Shown here: one piece after another, positions 29,120 through 37,645 of the stretch
How positions within the stretch are numbered: position 1 is the first letter of the stretch
Layout: every line of letters begins with the position of its first letter
Assembly (NCBI GenBank): GCA_030615965.1
Contig: JAUWYE010000003.1
Location: forward strand, 1-37,645
DNA: 37,645 nucleotides
Direction: 5' to 3'
From: Dehalococcoidia bacterium
GTDB taxonomy: Bacteria > Chloroflexota > Dehalococcoidia > GIF9 > AB-539-J10
Notes under the pieces: generated by a model
What the model was told of the DNA's origin: nothing
What the model saw: the letters and a program-made list of their open reading frames with translations, nothing else
Databases searched by the model: none
Translations under genes and position numbers: made by a program

Positions 29120-30358
29120 ATGAGGCGGGTCAGTGGAAGTATGGAAAAGCAGGCATTAGCTGGAGTAAAAGTTCTGGATTTTGGCTGGGCTTTAGTGGGC
29201 AGTTTGACTAGTAAACAACTTGCTGACCATGGAGCGCAGGTGGTCCGTGTCGAATCTATCACACGTATAGACCTCACGAGAACAAACCGGATGGTCTCCA
29301 TGTCTTCCGCAACCAACCCGGATGATAAACCATGGTTTACCCATCTTAATACCTCAAAATATGGCATAGCGGTTAATTTGAAGCATCCTCGGGCGCGGGA
29401 GGTCATAGACAGACTTATTCGTTGGGCCGATGTAGTCAACGCTAACATGGTTCCGGGGACACTGGGTAGGCTGGGTTTTGGCTACGAATATATTAGGAGT
29501 ATAAAGCCCGATATAATAATGGCTGAAGGGAGTGCGTATGGCCAAACAGGCCCCATGGCGCGCAAATGGGGCGTTGACGGAACTGGCGCGGCTTTATCAG
29601 GCTATCTCGATCTCACCGGCTGGCCAGACAGGGGACCAGTAGGCCCTAATGTTCCCTATGGTGATGTCGTGCTTCCGTTCTTTATTGCTGCGGCCATTGT
29701 TAGCGCCTTGGACTATAAGCGCCGCACTGGGAAGGGGCAGTATATTGATGGTAGTATGTTTGATGTTTGCGCTCATCAAATTACACCAGCTCTTCTTGAC
29801 TGGGAAGCTAATGAACACTTACAGACCCGCAATGGTAACCGCATCGCCTATGCTGCCCCACATGGTGTCTTTCCCTGCAGGGGAGACGACCGGTGGTGCG
29901 CCATCGGGGTGTTTACTGATAACGAATGGGAAGCTTTTTGTCATGTAATAGAGGACCCGTCCTGGACAAGAGAGCCGAGGTTCGCCACCCTAAAATCCAG
30001 GAAAGAGAACGAAGACGCACTGGAAGAGCTAGTAGCAGAATGGACAAAACAACATTCAGCTGAGGAAGTTATGCAAATAATGCAGGCAGCTGGTGTGCCG
30101 GCGGGCGTGGTGCAAACCATGCAGGATTTATTGGAACACGATCCTCAACTGAAAGAGAGGGAGTTTCTTGTGCCACTGGAGCACCCGGTAATAGGGGTCT
30201 TTGGTCATCCAACCCCTCCCTACAAATTACTCAAGACCAAAGCGCAAGTGAGGACTTCCCCGTGTTTGGGGGAACACACCGAGTACGTCTGTACCCAGCT
30301 TCTGGGTATGTCTGATGAGGAGTTTGTAGAGCTATTTCGGCAGGAGCTATTTAAATAG
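29120..30358 (+). CDS. class III CoA-transferase subunit, catalytic (BbsF-like)
   Basis: LAGVKVLDFGW, LADHGAQVVRVES, YGQTGP, VPYGD (catalytic Asp), PHGVFPC; start at 29120 or 29141. Confidence 0.9.
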   Translation: MRRVSGSMEKQALAGVKVLDFGWALVGSLTSKQLADHGAQVVRVESITRIDLTRTNRMVSMSSATNPDDKPWFTHLNTSKYGIAVNLKHPRAREVIDRLIRWADVVNANMVPGTLGRLGFGYEYIRSIKPDIIMAEGSAYGQTGPMARKWGVDGTGAALSGYLDLTGWPDRGPVGPNVPYGDVVLPFFIAAAIVSALDYKRRTGKGQYIDGSMFDVCAHQITPALLDWEANEHLQTRNGNRIAYAAPHGVFPCRGDDRWCAIGVFTDNEWEAFCHVIEDPSWTREPRFATLKSRKENEDALEELVAEWTKQHSAEEVMQIMQAAGVPAGVVQTMQDLLEHDPQLKEREFLVPLEHPVIGVFGHPTPPYKLLKTKAQVRTSPCLGEHTEYVCTQLLGMSDEEFVELFRQELFK

Positions 30359-30402
30359 AGCAGGTTATTGGTGGTAGTGGTATACGAAAGTGAGGCTGAT
30401 GG

Positions 30403-31707
30403 ATGAGTGAAGTAAGAAGTGTTAGCGGTCAGCCCAAGGCTGGCAGCGGGCAGGGGGATAGGAGTGTCAAGCAGTTGAGGAGCTCCGTCGAGGCAGCTGC
30501 CTACCAGAAAGAATGGTTCAAGAAGACGAGAGAGAGAATAAGCGAAGGCGACCCCTTCGCTCTAGCGCAAGCTGATACACCCCATGAAATATTCCTTACC
30601 ATGGATATACCGGTTGTACCGGTTCAGTGGTGGTCGGCGGTTATTGCTGCCAAGCGCCTGTCTGCCTACTACTTCGATTTGATGAACGAGCGGGGCTACC
30701 AAAGGAACCTGTGCCGTTACTGCTGCCTGCCATTGGCTTGTACCATGGACCACAATCCAGAGCGCGCACCCTGGGGGGGATTGCCCAAACCCACAGTGCT
30801 ATTAGCGGAACTAACATGTGACTCACATTCAAAAATATTTCATCTCTGGGCCCGTGAGTATGGTTGCCACTTCTTTCCGCTGGAGTGTAGCGCTTCTACC
30901 GTATCGTACTCTCGTTGGTGGGAAAGGATAAAACACCACTGGGATGAGGTAATCGAGCCTCATAGACTGGATTTGAGGGTTGAAGAGCTGAAAGCGCTGA
31001 TAAGATTCTTGGAGGTTACCACTGAAAGGACATTCAGCCATGCCAAGTTTGTAGAAATCATGGAACTGGAAAATGAACAAGAAGAATACTTCAAGAAGAC
31101 GCGTGACTTGATAGCTGAGACCGTTCCTTGCCCGGTGAACTTAGCCGACCAGTTCGCCAGCACTATGAATCCACAGTGGCACCGGGGCACGCAGTGGGGG
31201 CGCGACCAAGCCAGGATGTTCTACGAGGAGGTGAAAGAGAGGGTAAATAAGGGCGAAGCAGTTTGCAAAAATGAAAAGCTCAGGCTGATGTGGATTGGGG
31301 CAGGACTCTGGCATAACATCGCTTTTTATCAGTACTTTGAGGAAAAGTACGGTGCTGTTTTTGTTTGTTCCATTTATCTCTCTATTGCAGCAGACGGCTA
31401 CGCTCGGGATTGCCTTAATGACCCGCTGAGAGCTTTAGCTAGCCGCCACTTGAGCATGGGAGAGCACTTGCGCCAACCAGACTGGCTGGTGAAGGAGGCA
31501 AAGCTGCACAAAGTCAATGGGGCGGTTATGATAGTAGCTGAAAATTGCATACGTGATGTTGGACGCAGATTCACACAGATAGCTTTCGAAGATGCCGGTA
31601 TACCGCTGCTTACCATTTATGCCGACGTTGTTGATGCCAGGGAATGGGATGACGATAAGATCAAATCTCAAGTTTCCAGCTTTATTGAAGAAAGGCTTTT
31701 ATCCTAA
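30403..31707 (+). CDS. 2-hydroxyacyl-CoA dehydratase / benzoyl-CoA reductase subunit (HgdA/FldB/BcrB-like)
   Basis: PHEIF, LCRYC, GGLPKP, TCD, EKLRLMW, ENC, GIPLLTIYADVVDAREW. Confidence 0.85.
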   Translation: MSEVRSVSGQPKAGSGQGDRSVKQLRSSVEAAAYQKEWFKKTRERISEGDPFALAQADTPHEIFLTMDIPVVPVQWWSAVIAAKRLSAYYFDLMNERGYQRNLCRYCCLPLACTMDHNPERAPWGGLPKPTVLLAELTCDSHSKIFHLWAREYGCHFFPLECSASTVSYSRWWERIKHHWDEVIEPHRLDLRVEELKALIRFLEVTTERTFSHAKFVEIMELENEQEEYFKKTRDLIAETVPCPVNLADQFASTMNPQWHRGTQWGRDQARMFYEEVKERVNKGEAVCKNEKLRLMWIGAGLWHNIAFYQYFEEKYGAVFVCSIYLSIAADGYARDCLNDPLRALASRHLSMGEHLRQPDWLVKEAKLHKVNGAVMIVAENCIRDVGRRFTQIAFEDAGIPLLTIYADVVDAREWDDDKIKSQVSSFIEERLLS

Positions 31708-31810
31708 ATTAGGTTTAGGGCGCCACTTATCGGAGAGCATAATGAGCAAATCTACGAAAAAGAGCGTGGCTTATCTAAGCAGCAGATAGCTGATTTGAAG
31801 GAGGTAAAAG
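31708..31810 (+). pseudogene. C-terminal remnant of a third class III CoA-transferase gene
   Basis: Reads IRFRAPLIGEHNEQIYEKERGLSKQQIADLKEVK; aligns with the tail IRRRAPLIGEDNDDIYANELGLSSTEMVALKEAG of 27865..29106. Confidence 0.75.
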
Positions 31811-32932
31811 ATGACCGACGAGACACTCACGATGATGGCTGTAGGGGATTTGATTCTTGACGAGCCACAAGCTGAAACCTATTTTGAGCTTGTGGTGCCG
31901 GTGCTGAAGTCAGCTGACGTGGTAGTTGGACAAGGAGAGGTCGTCTTTACCGACCGTGGTTTCTGTGCATCTACAGATGTGGTTGCTCCACCTTGTGACC
32001 CGAGTAACATGAGTGCTTTACCCTTTGCCGGCTTTAACGTAATCACCCTTGCCGGCAACCATCTCTGGGATTCGGGCCCACCAGGGATAGAGGACACAAT
32101 AGCTGGTCTTCGGAATTATGGCATTGCCGTTTGCGGAGCCGGGATGAATATTGACGAGGCCAGGCGCCCGGCCATAGTTGAGCGTAATGGAACACTATTT
32201 GGTTTTCTGTCTTACAATTGCGTTGGACCCAAGGAATCCTGGGCGACCGCTAACAAGCCGGGTTGCGCCTATGTGAACATCCTTACCCACTATGAATTGG
32301 ATTATGCTACTCCCGGAGGTCCTCCGGCCATATACACCTTCGCTGAGTCCAGAAGTCTCGAATTGATGGAAGATGATATCCACAAGCTCAGGTCCCTTTG
32401 TGATGTTCTGGTAGTTGCTTTACATAAAGGTATCGGGCATGTGCCAGCCAAGCTGGCAATGTACGAACAACAAGTATCGTATGCCGCCATCGACGCCGGA
32501 GCTGACCTGATCCTCGGACATCACGCTCACATACTCAGAGGAGTCGAGCAGTACAAAGGGAAAACGATATTTCACGGCTTATGCAATTTCGTTACCGTCA
32601 CCCGAGCTCTAACAGTTGACCATACCCAGGACTCCCAGCAGTGGGCTATAAGGAGGAAGGAACTCTTTGGCTTTGAGCCAGACCCTGAGTATCCAACGTA
32701 TCCCTTTCATCCTGAAGCAAAGCAAACAATAATTGCCAAGTGCACCATAAGTGATGGTAAGATTACCCGGGTGAGTTACCTTCCCTGTTTGGTCAATAAA
32801 CAGGGACAACCGGAGATACTCAAGAATGACGAAAGGGGACAGCAAGTTTTCAATTACATGGACAGGATAACCCAAGCAGCAGGTCTAAATGCTCGGTATG
32901 AATGGGACGGGAATGAAGTAGTAATCCATTGA
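31811..32932 (+). CDS. CapA/PGA_cap family protein 2
   Basis: AVGD, LAGNHLWD, ALHKG, ILGHHAH, HGLCNF; shares PDPEYPTY with paralog 1; SD GGAGG. Confidence 0.88.
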   Translation: MTDETLTMMAVGDLILDEPQAETYFELVVPVLKSADVVVGQGEVVFTDRGFCASTDVVAPPCDPSNMSALPFAGFNVITLAGNHLWDSGPPGIEDTIAGLRNYGIAVCGAGMNIDEARRPAIVERNGTLFGFLSYNCVGPKESWATANKPGCAYVNILTHYELDYATPGGPPAIYTFAESRSLELMEDDIHKLRSLCDVLVVALHKGIGHVPAKLAMYEQQVSYAAIDAGADLILGHHAHILRGVEQYKGKTIFHGLCNFVTVTRALTVDHTQDSQQWAIRRKELFGFEPDPEYPTYPFHPEAKQTIIAKCTISDGKITRVSYLPCLVNKQGQPEILKNDERGQQVFNYMDRITQAAGLNARYEWDGNEVVIH

Positions 32933-33049
32933 TAAGGAATTAGGGGAAAGGGGATAGAATACGTGATAAGCAGCTGTGCCATGAATATGGGTTGTGACTC
33001 TTGTGTTTAGCTGTCAAGACAACGTTTAAAATGTTTAATATCTAAACTG

Positions 33050-33080
33050 TTGACCTGTAGGGGGGGGGTGTTAGTATAAT
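33050..33080 (+). promoter_or_regulatory. promoter of the second TRAP operon, with a G9 tract in the spacer
   Basis: TTGACC (33050-55), 19 nt containing G9 (33060-68), TATAAT (33075-80). Confidence 0.6.
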
Positions 33081-33223
33081 ATTGTAACACTACAGTTCGG
33101 CAGCAAAGTCTCTACTTATAGATCAAGACTGGTTGAAATAATGCCGAAAGGAGGTAGGACAAATGAGAAAATAGCTGCTGGATTACGCTGCAACAAAGAG
33201 TATACAAAATCAGGAGGTATCAA

Positions 33224-34252
33224 GTGAAAAGTCTAAAACTGGTAGTGTTCATTCTTGTAGGAGTAATTTTCGTAGCCACCGCGTTCTTGGGTGCCTGTGC
33301 CGCACCAGCTCCAGAAAAGGTTATAGAACTAACCTACGGCCAGACCGAAGGCCCAGAACATACTTTCTCCCAGGCGGATTTACTCTGGATAGACAAAATA
33401 GAGAAGGATACCAACGGCTGGGTTCATATCACGCCGTATTGGGGTGCAACCTTAGTCAGCAGGGCAGAGAATACCGCTGAGCTCATTAAAGGGGTTGCTG
33501 ATCTTAGCTATCTTTCTCCAAGAACAGGGTACCCTCTTATGTTGGGAACTCTGGGGTTTCCTTTTGGGGTCCCTGATTGGGAGACCCAAGTGCGTATTTA
33601 CGAGGAAGTGTTTGAAAAATTCCCTGAGCTCGACGCCGAATGGGTTGATTTGAAGGTTATGGCAAAGTCCGTGGCATCGAACTATCAGCTTATCAGCACA
33701 GTGCCCGTCCGCACTCTAGATGATTTCAAGGGGCTGAGAATAAAAGCTACGGGGGCCTACATCGAGGTAGGTAAAGCGCTGGGAGCCGACGCGTTCTATG
33801 TATCTATGGGTGAGACCTATATGGCTTTAGAAAAAGGGACTATAGATGCTTGTTTTGCCCCCTACGACACCCTCAAGTCATTTAGGTTTTATGAAGTGGC
33901 ACCGTACGTCACTATCTTAAACCTGCAAAGCGCGGTTCGCCCGACGAGAGGAATGAACCTGTATACCTGGAACAGGCTGCCACCGGATATACAGCAGATT
34001 TTCGAAGACAGCATTGCGTTTTGGAGTTTAGAGGATAATAAGGCGAGGGAACGTGTTAATGGGGAGGGTGTTGAACTCGCCGAGCAGGCAGGTGTTGAGT
34101 TTATTGAGGTGTCAGCGGAGGATTTAGCCGAGCTTTATCAAATTATGGATACCGTAATGCGTGCCGAGGCAGCCAAGCTTGATGAGAAGGGGCTTCCCGG
34201 GACCGAGATTTATGAGGAGGTACGCCGCCTCGTAGAAGAATATACCAAGTGA
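33224..34252 (+). CDS. dctP: TRAP transporter substrate-binding lipoprotein 2
   Basis: Lipobox LGAC; DFKGLRIK, YMALEKGTIDA, WNRLPPDIQQI; SD AGGAGGT. Confidence 0.92.
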   Translation: MKSLKLVVFILVGVIFVATAFLGACAAPAPEKVIELTYGQTEGPEHTFSQADLLWIDKIEKDTNGWVHITPYWGATLVSRAENTAELIKGVADLSYLSPRTGYPLMLGTLGFPFGVPDWETQVRIYEEVFEKFPELDAEWVDLKVMAKSVASNYQLISTVPVRTLDDFKGLRIKATGAYIEVGKALGADAFYVSMGETYMALEKGTIDACFAPYDTLKSFRFYEVAPYVTILNLQSAVRPTRGMNLYTWNRLPPDIQQIFEDSIAFWSLEDNKARERVNGEGVELAEQAGVEFIEVSAEDLAELYQIMDTVMRAEAAKLDEKGLPGTEIYEEVRRLVEEYTK

Positions 34253-34343
34253 GGTTTAACTGACACATAGAGAACATACACTCTTGCACATAAAGTCGTA
34301 ATAATTCCTTGCCCCGACGCAAGAGGGCAGTGGAACGTAAAGT

Positions 34344-34826
34344 ATGGACTATTTGGCTAACATTGTTCGTCGGATGGGCGGGTGGGGTATGGCTCTGGGG
34401 GCTGCCTTCCTGACAGGGATGATGGTTCTCATTGTGGCAAACATTATTTCCCGCCTTTCCGGGCATGTTATAGCCGGTAGCTACGAGCTTTCTGAGCTTA
34501 TGATAGTCGTCGCCGTTGCCTTTGCCCTGGGCTATGCGGCGCTGAAGAAAAGTCATGTTGTTGTAAAAATTGTGGTATCTCGATTTCCCCAGCGGGCTCA
34601 GTCAATTATTGAAGCTTTTATGTCCCTTATTTCCCTGGCTACCTGGGCACTGATAGCCTGGGCTGGTTTTCTTATCTTGTCTGAAAGGTGGCTTACAGAA
34701 GAAACTGACCTGCTCGATGTTCCTTACCTCCCATTTAGATTTGTCTTTTTGTTGGGTTTGCTCCTGTTCTGCTTGGTATACCTGATAGACCTATTTAGGG
34801 CGCTGAGCCAGGCGGTGAGGAAATGA
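34344..34826 (+). CDS. dctQ: TRAP transporter small permease 2
   Basis: About 4 TM helices; GSYELSELM, SHVVVKIVVSRFP, PYLPFR. Confidence 0.9.
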   Translation: MDYLANIVRRMGGWGMALGAAFLTGMMVLIVANIISRLSGHVIAGSYELSELMIVVAVAFALGYAALKKSHVVVKIVVSRFPQRAQSIIEAFMSLISLATWALIAWAGFLILSERWLTEETDLLDVPYLPFRFVFLLGLLLFCLVYLIDLFRALSQAVRK

Positions 34827-36142
34827 GCCCGGTTGAAGTGAGCCCGGTTGTTGTAGGTCTTATCGGTTTCGTTGCTCTTTTTTCCCTTTTAGCCTTTGGA
34901 TTGCCGATTGGCGTTGGCATGGCTATAGTAGGCTTTGGTGGGCTATGGTATTTGATATCGCAAGGTGCCGCCATCGCCAAATTTGGATTGATGCCATTTG
35001 ACACGGTATGTAATTGGGATTTGGGCGTCCTGCCCCTTTTTCTACTTATGGCTCACGTTATCTTTGCCTCCGGAATAAGTAAAGACCTGTATAACGTTGC
35101 CGCTAAATGGCTGGGGCATCAACGCGGGGGGGTAGCTATGGCTACTGTGGGGGGATGTGCCGGGTTTGCTGCTGTCAGCGCCTCCAGTCTAGCCACAGCA
35201 GTTACTATGGGTCTGGTGGCCCTCCCCGAAATGAAAAAGTATAAGTATGACCCGGCGCTGTCTACCGGCTGTGTCGCCGCTGGGGGAACTATAGGCCAAC
35301 TTATCCCCCCCAGCGCTGGCCTTATTACGTATGGGATAATCACTGAAACATCCATAGGCAGGCTTTTTGCTGGCGGCATAGTGCCAGGAATACTCGAGGC
35401 TATCTTCTATATGGTTACCATTTATATTCTTTGCCGGTGGAAGCCTAGCCTTGGTCCTCGAGGACCCAGCTTCAGTTTCAGAGAAAAGGTGGCGTCTTTT
35501 GCGAGCTGCGGCGAGATAATAGGGTTAATTATCCTTGTCCTCGGGGGTCTCATCGTTGGTTGGTTTACCCCTACTGAAGCCGGGGCAGTAGGCGCTTTCG
35601 GGGCTATCTTTTTCTCCCTGCTCAGAAGGCGACTCAATTGGGAAAAATTCAAGCATGCTCTGACTGAGACGATGAAGACCACGGGCATGCTTTATGGTAT
35701 CCTGATTGGCGCCTTTATTTTTAAATACTTCCTGGCGGTGACCACTATTCCGTTCGTGCTAGCCGATTTTGTCGGCGGGCTGCCCCTGCCCCCTCTAGTC
35801 ATTATGGTACTTGTTATGTTAGTGTATATATTCCTCGGTTGCGTTATGGATGCACTGACAATGATTCTGCTTACTATACCCGTTTTCTTTCCCCTGGTTC
35901 TAAGCTTGGGCTTTGACGCAATATGGTTTGGCATAATAATAGTGAGAATGGTGGAGATAGGGCTGATTACCCCACCTATAGGTATGAATGTATATGCCAT
36001 CTCCGGGATAGCTCCAGATGTGCCTGTAACTACTATATTCAAAGGCGTAATTCCGTTTCTTATAGCTGATATGTTTCACGTGGCCCTCTTGTTGTTTGTT
36101 CCCGCAGTTGTACTGTTTTTGCCCGGCATCATGATGCAGTAA
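34823..36142 (+). CDS. dctM: TRAP transporter large permease 2
   Basis: 439 aa; LIPPS, FTPTEAGAVG, ITPPIGMNVY; ATGA overlap with dctQ. Confidence 0.93.
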   Translation: MSPVEVSPVVVGLIGFVALFSLLAFGLPIGVGMAIVGFGGLWYLISQGAAIAKFGLMPFDTVCNWDLGVLPLFLLMAHVIFASGISKDLYNVAAKWLGHQRGGVAMATVGGCAGFAAVSASSLATAVTMGLVALPEMKKYKYDPALSTGCVAAGGTIGQLIPPSAGLITYGIITETSIGRLFAGGIVPGILEAIFYMVTIYILCRWKPSLGPRGPSFSFREKVASFASCGEIIGLIILVLGGLIVGWFTPTEAGAVGAFGAIFFSLLRRRLNWEKFKHALTETMKTTGMLYGILIGAFIFKYFLAVTTIPFVLADFVGGLPLPPLVIMVLVMLVYIFLGCVMDALTMILLTIPVFFPLVLSLGFDAIWFGIIIVRMVEIGLITPPIGMNVYAISGIAPDVPVTTIFKGVIPFLIADMFHVALLLFVPAVVLFLPGIMMQ

Positions 36143-36143
36143 G

Positions 36144-36389
36144 CTAGAGACGATTAACAATGTTCGGCCACAGGTAGTAGGCTTAAGTGGATTCTTGACC
36201 CTGGCCTACGATTCCATGAAGAGCACTATAGCCGCAATCAAAGATGCTGGTCTGCGAGACAAAGTGAAAATTATGATCGGCGACGGTCAGATTAGCAAGC
36301 AGGTAAAAGAGTATCCCGGCGCTGATGCCTATGGCCGAGACGCCATGGCCGGGGTATCACTAGCCAGGGCATGGATAGGGGGCAAATAA
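36144..36389 (+). pseudogene. 5'-truncated corrinoid (B12-binding) methyltransferase protein
   Basis: Frame reads ETINNVRPQVVGLSGFLTLAYDSMK...LRDKVKIMIGDG...GADAYGRDAMAGV; the cap domain and DxHxxG are missing; the conserved GGG reads GDG. Confidence 0.8.
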
Positions 36390-37645
36390 GTGGACAAGGA
36401 ATGGACCGGGTTATCGCTGGAAGCAAAGCTGGAGAAGATGTTTGAGTCCTGGCTTGCGCCACAGGGGATAGATTTTATCAGTGCTAGAGCAGAGAAGGCG
36501 TACCAGGAAAGGGCAACCAGGATAAAAGACGCTATTCAATTGAAAGTGCCGGACAGGGTTCCGGTCATCCCCAGCGTCGGGTTTTTTCCTGCCTATTATG
36601 CCGGGATAACAGTTGAAGAAGCCATGTACGACTACGACAAGCTTTGCCAGGCATGGGGGAAATATACCTTTGACTTTGCGCCAGATGCACATTCCGGCTG
36701 TGGCCGTGCTGGGCCTGGGAAGGTCTACGATATTATCGACTATAAGCTTTATGTATGGCCAGGGCATGGCATTGGTCCCGATATGCCATTCCAGTGCGTT
36801 GAAGCTGAGTATATGAAAGCTGATGAATATGACGCGCTGATTCAAGACCCGTCCGATTTCTGGATGAGGGTTTATTTACCTCGCATTATCGGTGTGCTGG
36901 AGCCTTTAAGTAAGCTCTTTCCATTTTCCAGGGTAATTGAAATAAGTAGTATAAGTAGTTTTGTCCTGGAGTACGGCATGCCAGACATCCGCGCCTCGTT
37001 TGAGACCCTTTTCAAAGCGGGAGAGGAAGCTATGAAATGGAGAGAGGCTTGCCGTGCCTGTGATAAAGCGGTAGTGGAAACCGGGTTTCCAATGTTTCGC
37101 AGTGGTGGCAGTTTAGCACCTTTTGATGTGCTCGGTGACACCCTCAGGGGAACCCGAGGCATAATGCTGGATATGTACCGGCAACCTGATAGGCCACTTG
37201 AAGCTATGGAAAGGCTGACGCCCCTGATGATTGAGAGGGGGGTATCAAGCGCGCGCTCTTCGGCTAGTCCTCTGGTGTTCATACCTTTACACAAAGGTGC
37301 CGATGGTTTTATGTCTGATGAGCAGTACAAGTCGTTCTACTGGCCCACCCTCAGAAAGGTTATCCTGGGTTTAATTGACGAAGGGCTCATACCGTTTGTT
37401 TTTGCCGAAGGCTCCTACAATGGGCGTCTGGAGATTATCAGGGATTTGCCCAAAGGCAGGGTCGTATGGAGGTTTGACGACACAGATATGGCCAGGGCCA
37501 AGGAAATCCTGGGTGATAACGCTTGCATCTACGGGAACGTGCCAGCGGCAATATTAAGCACAGGAACGACCGATGAGGTGAAGGCCTACTGTAAGAAACT
37601 CATAGACGTTGCTGGCAAAGGCGGTGGATTCATCTTATCCTCCGG
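36390..37645 (+). CDS. uroporphyrinogen decarboxylase (URO-D/MtaA-CmuA) family protein, likely a corrinoid-dependent methyltransferase; partial at window end
   Basis: Not in the ORF track because it has no stop in the window. My translation from GTG 36390 gives VPDRVPV...PFDVLGDTLRG...FIPLHKGADGFMSDEQY...CIYGNVP...GKGGGFILSS. Confidence 0.85.
   Translation, partial: MDKEWTGLSLEAKLEKMFESWLAPQGIDFISARAEKAYQERATRIKDAIQLKVPDRVPVIPSVGFFPAYYAGITVEEAMYDYDKLCQAWGKYTFDFAPDAHSGCGRAGPGKVYDIIDYKLYVWPGHGIGPDMPFQCVEAEYMKADEYDALIQDPSDFWMRVYLPRIIGVLEPLSKLFPFSRVIEISSISSFVLEYGMPDIRASFETLFKAGEEAMKWREACRACDKAVVETGFPMFRSGGSLAPFDVLGDTLRGTRGIMLDMYRQPDRPLEAMERLTPLMIERGVSSARSSASPLVFIPLHKGADGFMSDEQYKSFYWPTLRKVILGLIDEGLIPFVFAEGSYNGRLEIIRDLPKGRVVWRFDDTDMARAKEILGDNACIYGNVPAAILSTGTTDEVKAYCKKLIDVAGKGGGFILSS

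Noticed and set aside
36390-37645. Heme-pathway HemE, and the minus-strand ORFs 36411..36845 and 36872..37330
   Set aside because: The adjacent corrinoid gene indicates the methyltransferase branch; the minus ORFs are shadows of the plus-strand gene
1-37645. tRNA, rRNA, transposase, integrase, and the many 60-150 aa ORFs nested in long genes
   Set aside because: No RNA-gene or mobility signatures seen; nested ORFs are alternate-frame or antisense shadows of well-supported CDSs

Overview
Bacterial window; protein style and gene content suggest an anaerobic sediment or subsurface lineage such as Dehalococcoidia (inference only). It has two parts. (1) About 1.3-12.5 kb is an AT-rich defence island. 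It holds a RusA-like gene, a deletion remnant of a Type ISP/IIG-like RM gene, a 1060-aa N6-adenine methyltransferase followed by a separate PD-(D/E)XK nuclease, and a TdeIII/MjaII-type Type II RM pair with a third Cys-rich nuclease-like gene. Further orphan genes follow. (2) About 12.7-37.6 kb is an anaerobic catabolic cluster. It holds two divergent glycyl-radical enzymes (GREs) with an unusual Cys-X-Asp active-site loop and blocks of near-identical DNA, one GRE activase, two TRAP transporters, an MmgE/PrpD protein, two cytoplasmic CapA-family proteins, a MarR regulator, two 2-hydroxyacyl-CoA dehydratase/Bcr-type subunits, a class III CoA-transferase pair and a URO-D-family methyltransferase that runs off the window end. 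Several deletion pseudogenes are interspersed (acyl-CoA ligase, DRE-TIM enzyme, CoA-transferase tail, corrinoid protein). No rRNA, tRNA, CRISPR array or transposase was seen. All family calls come from recognising motifs by eye, not from database searches.
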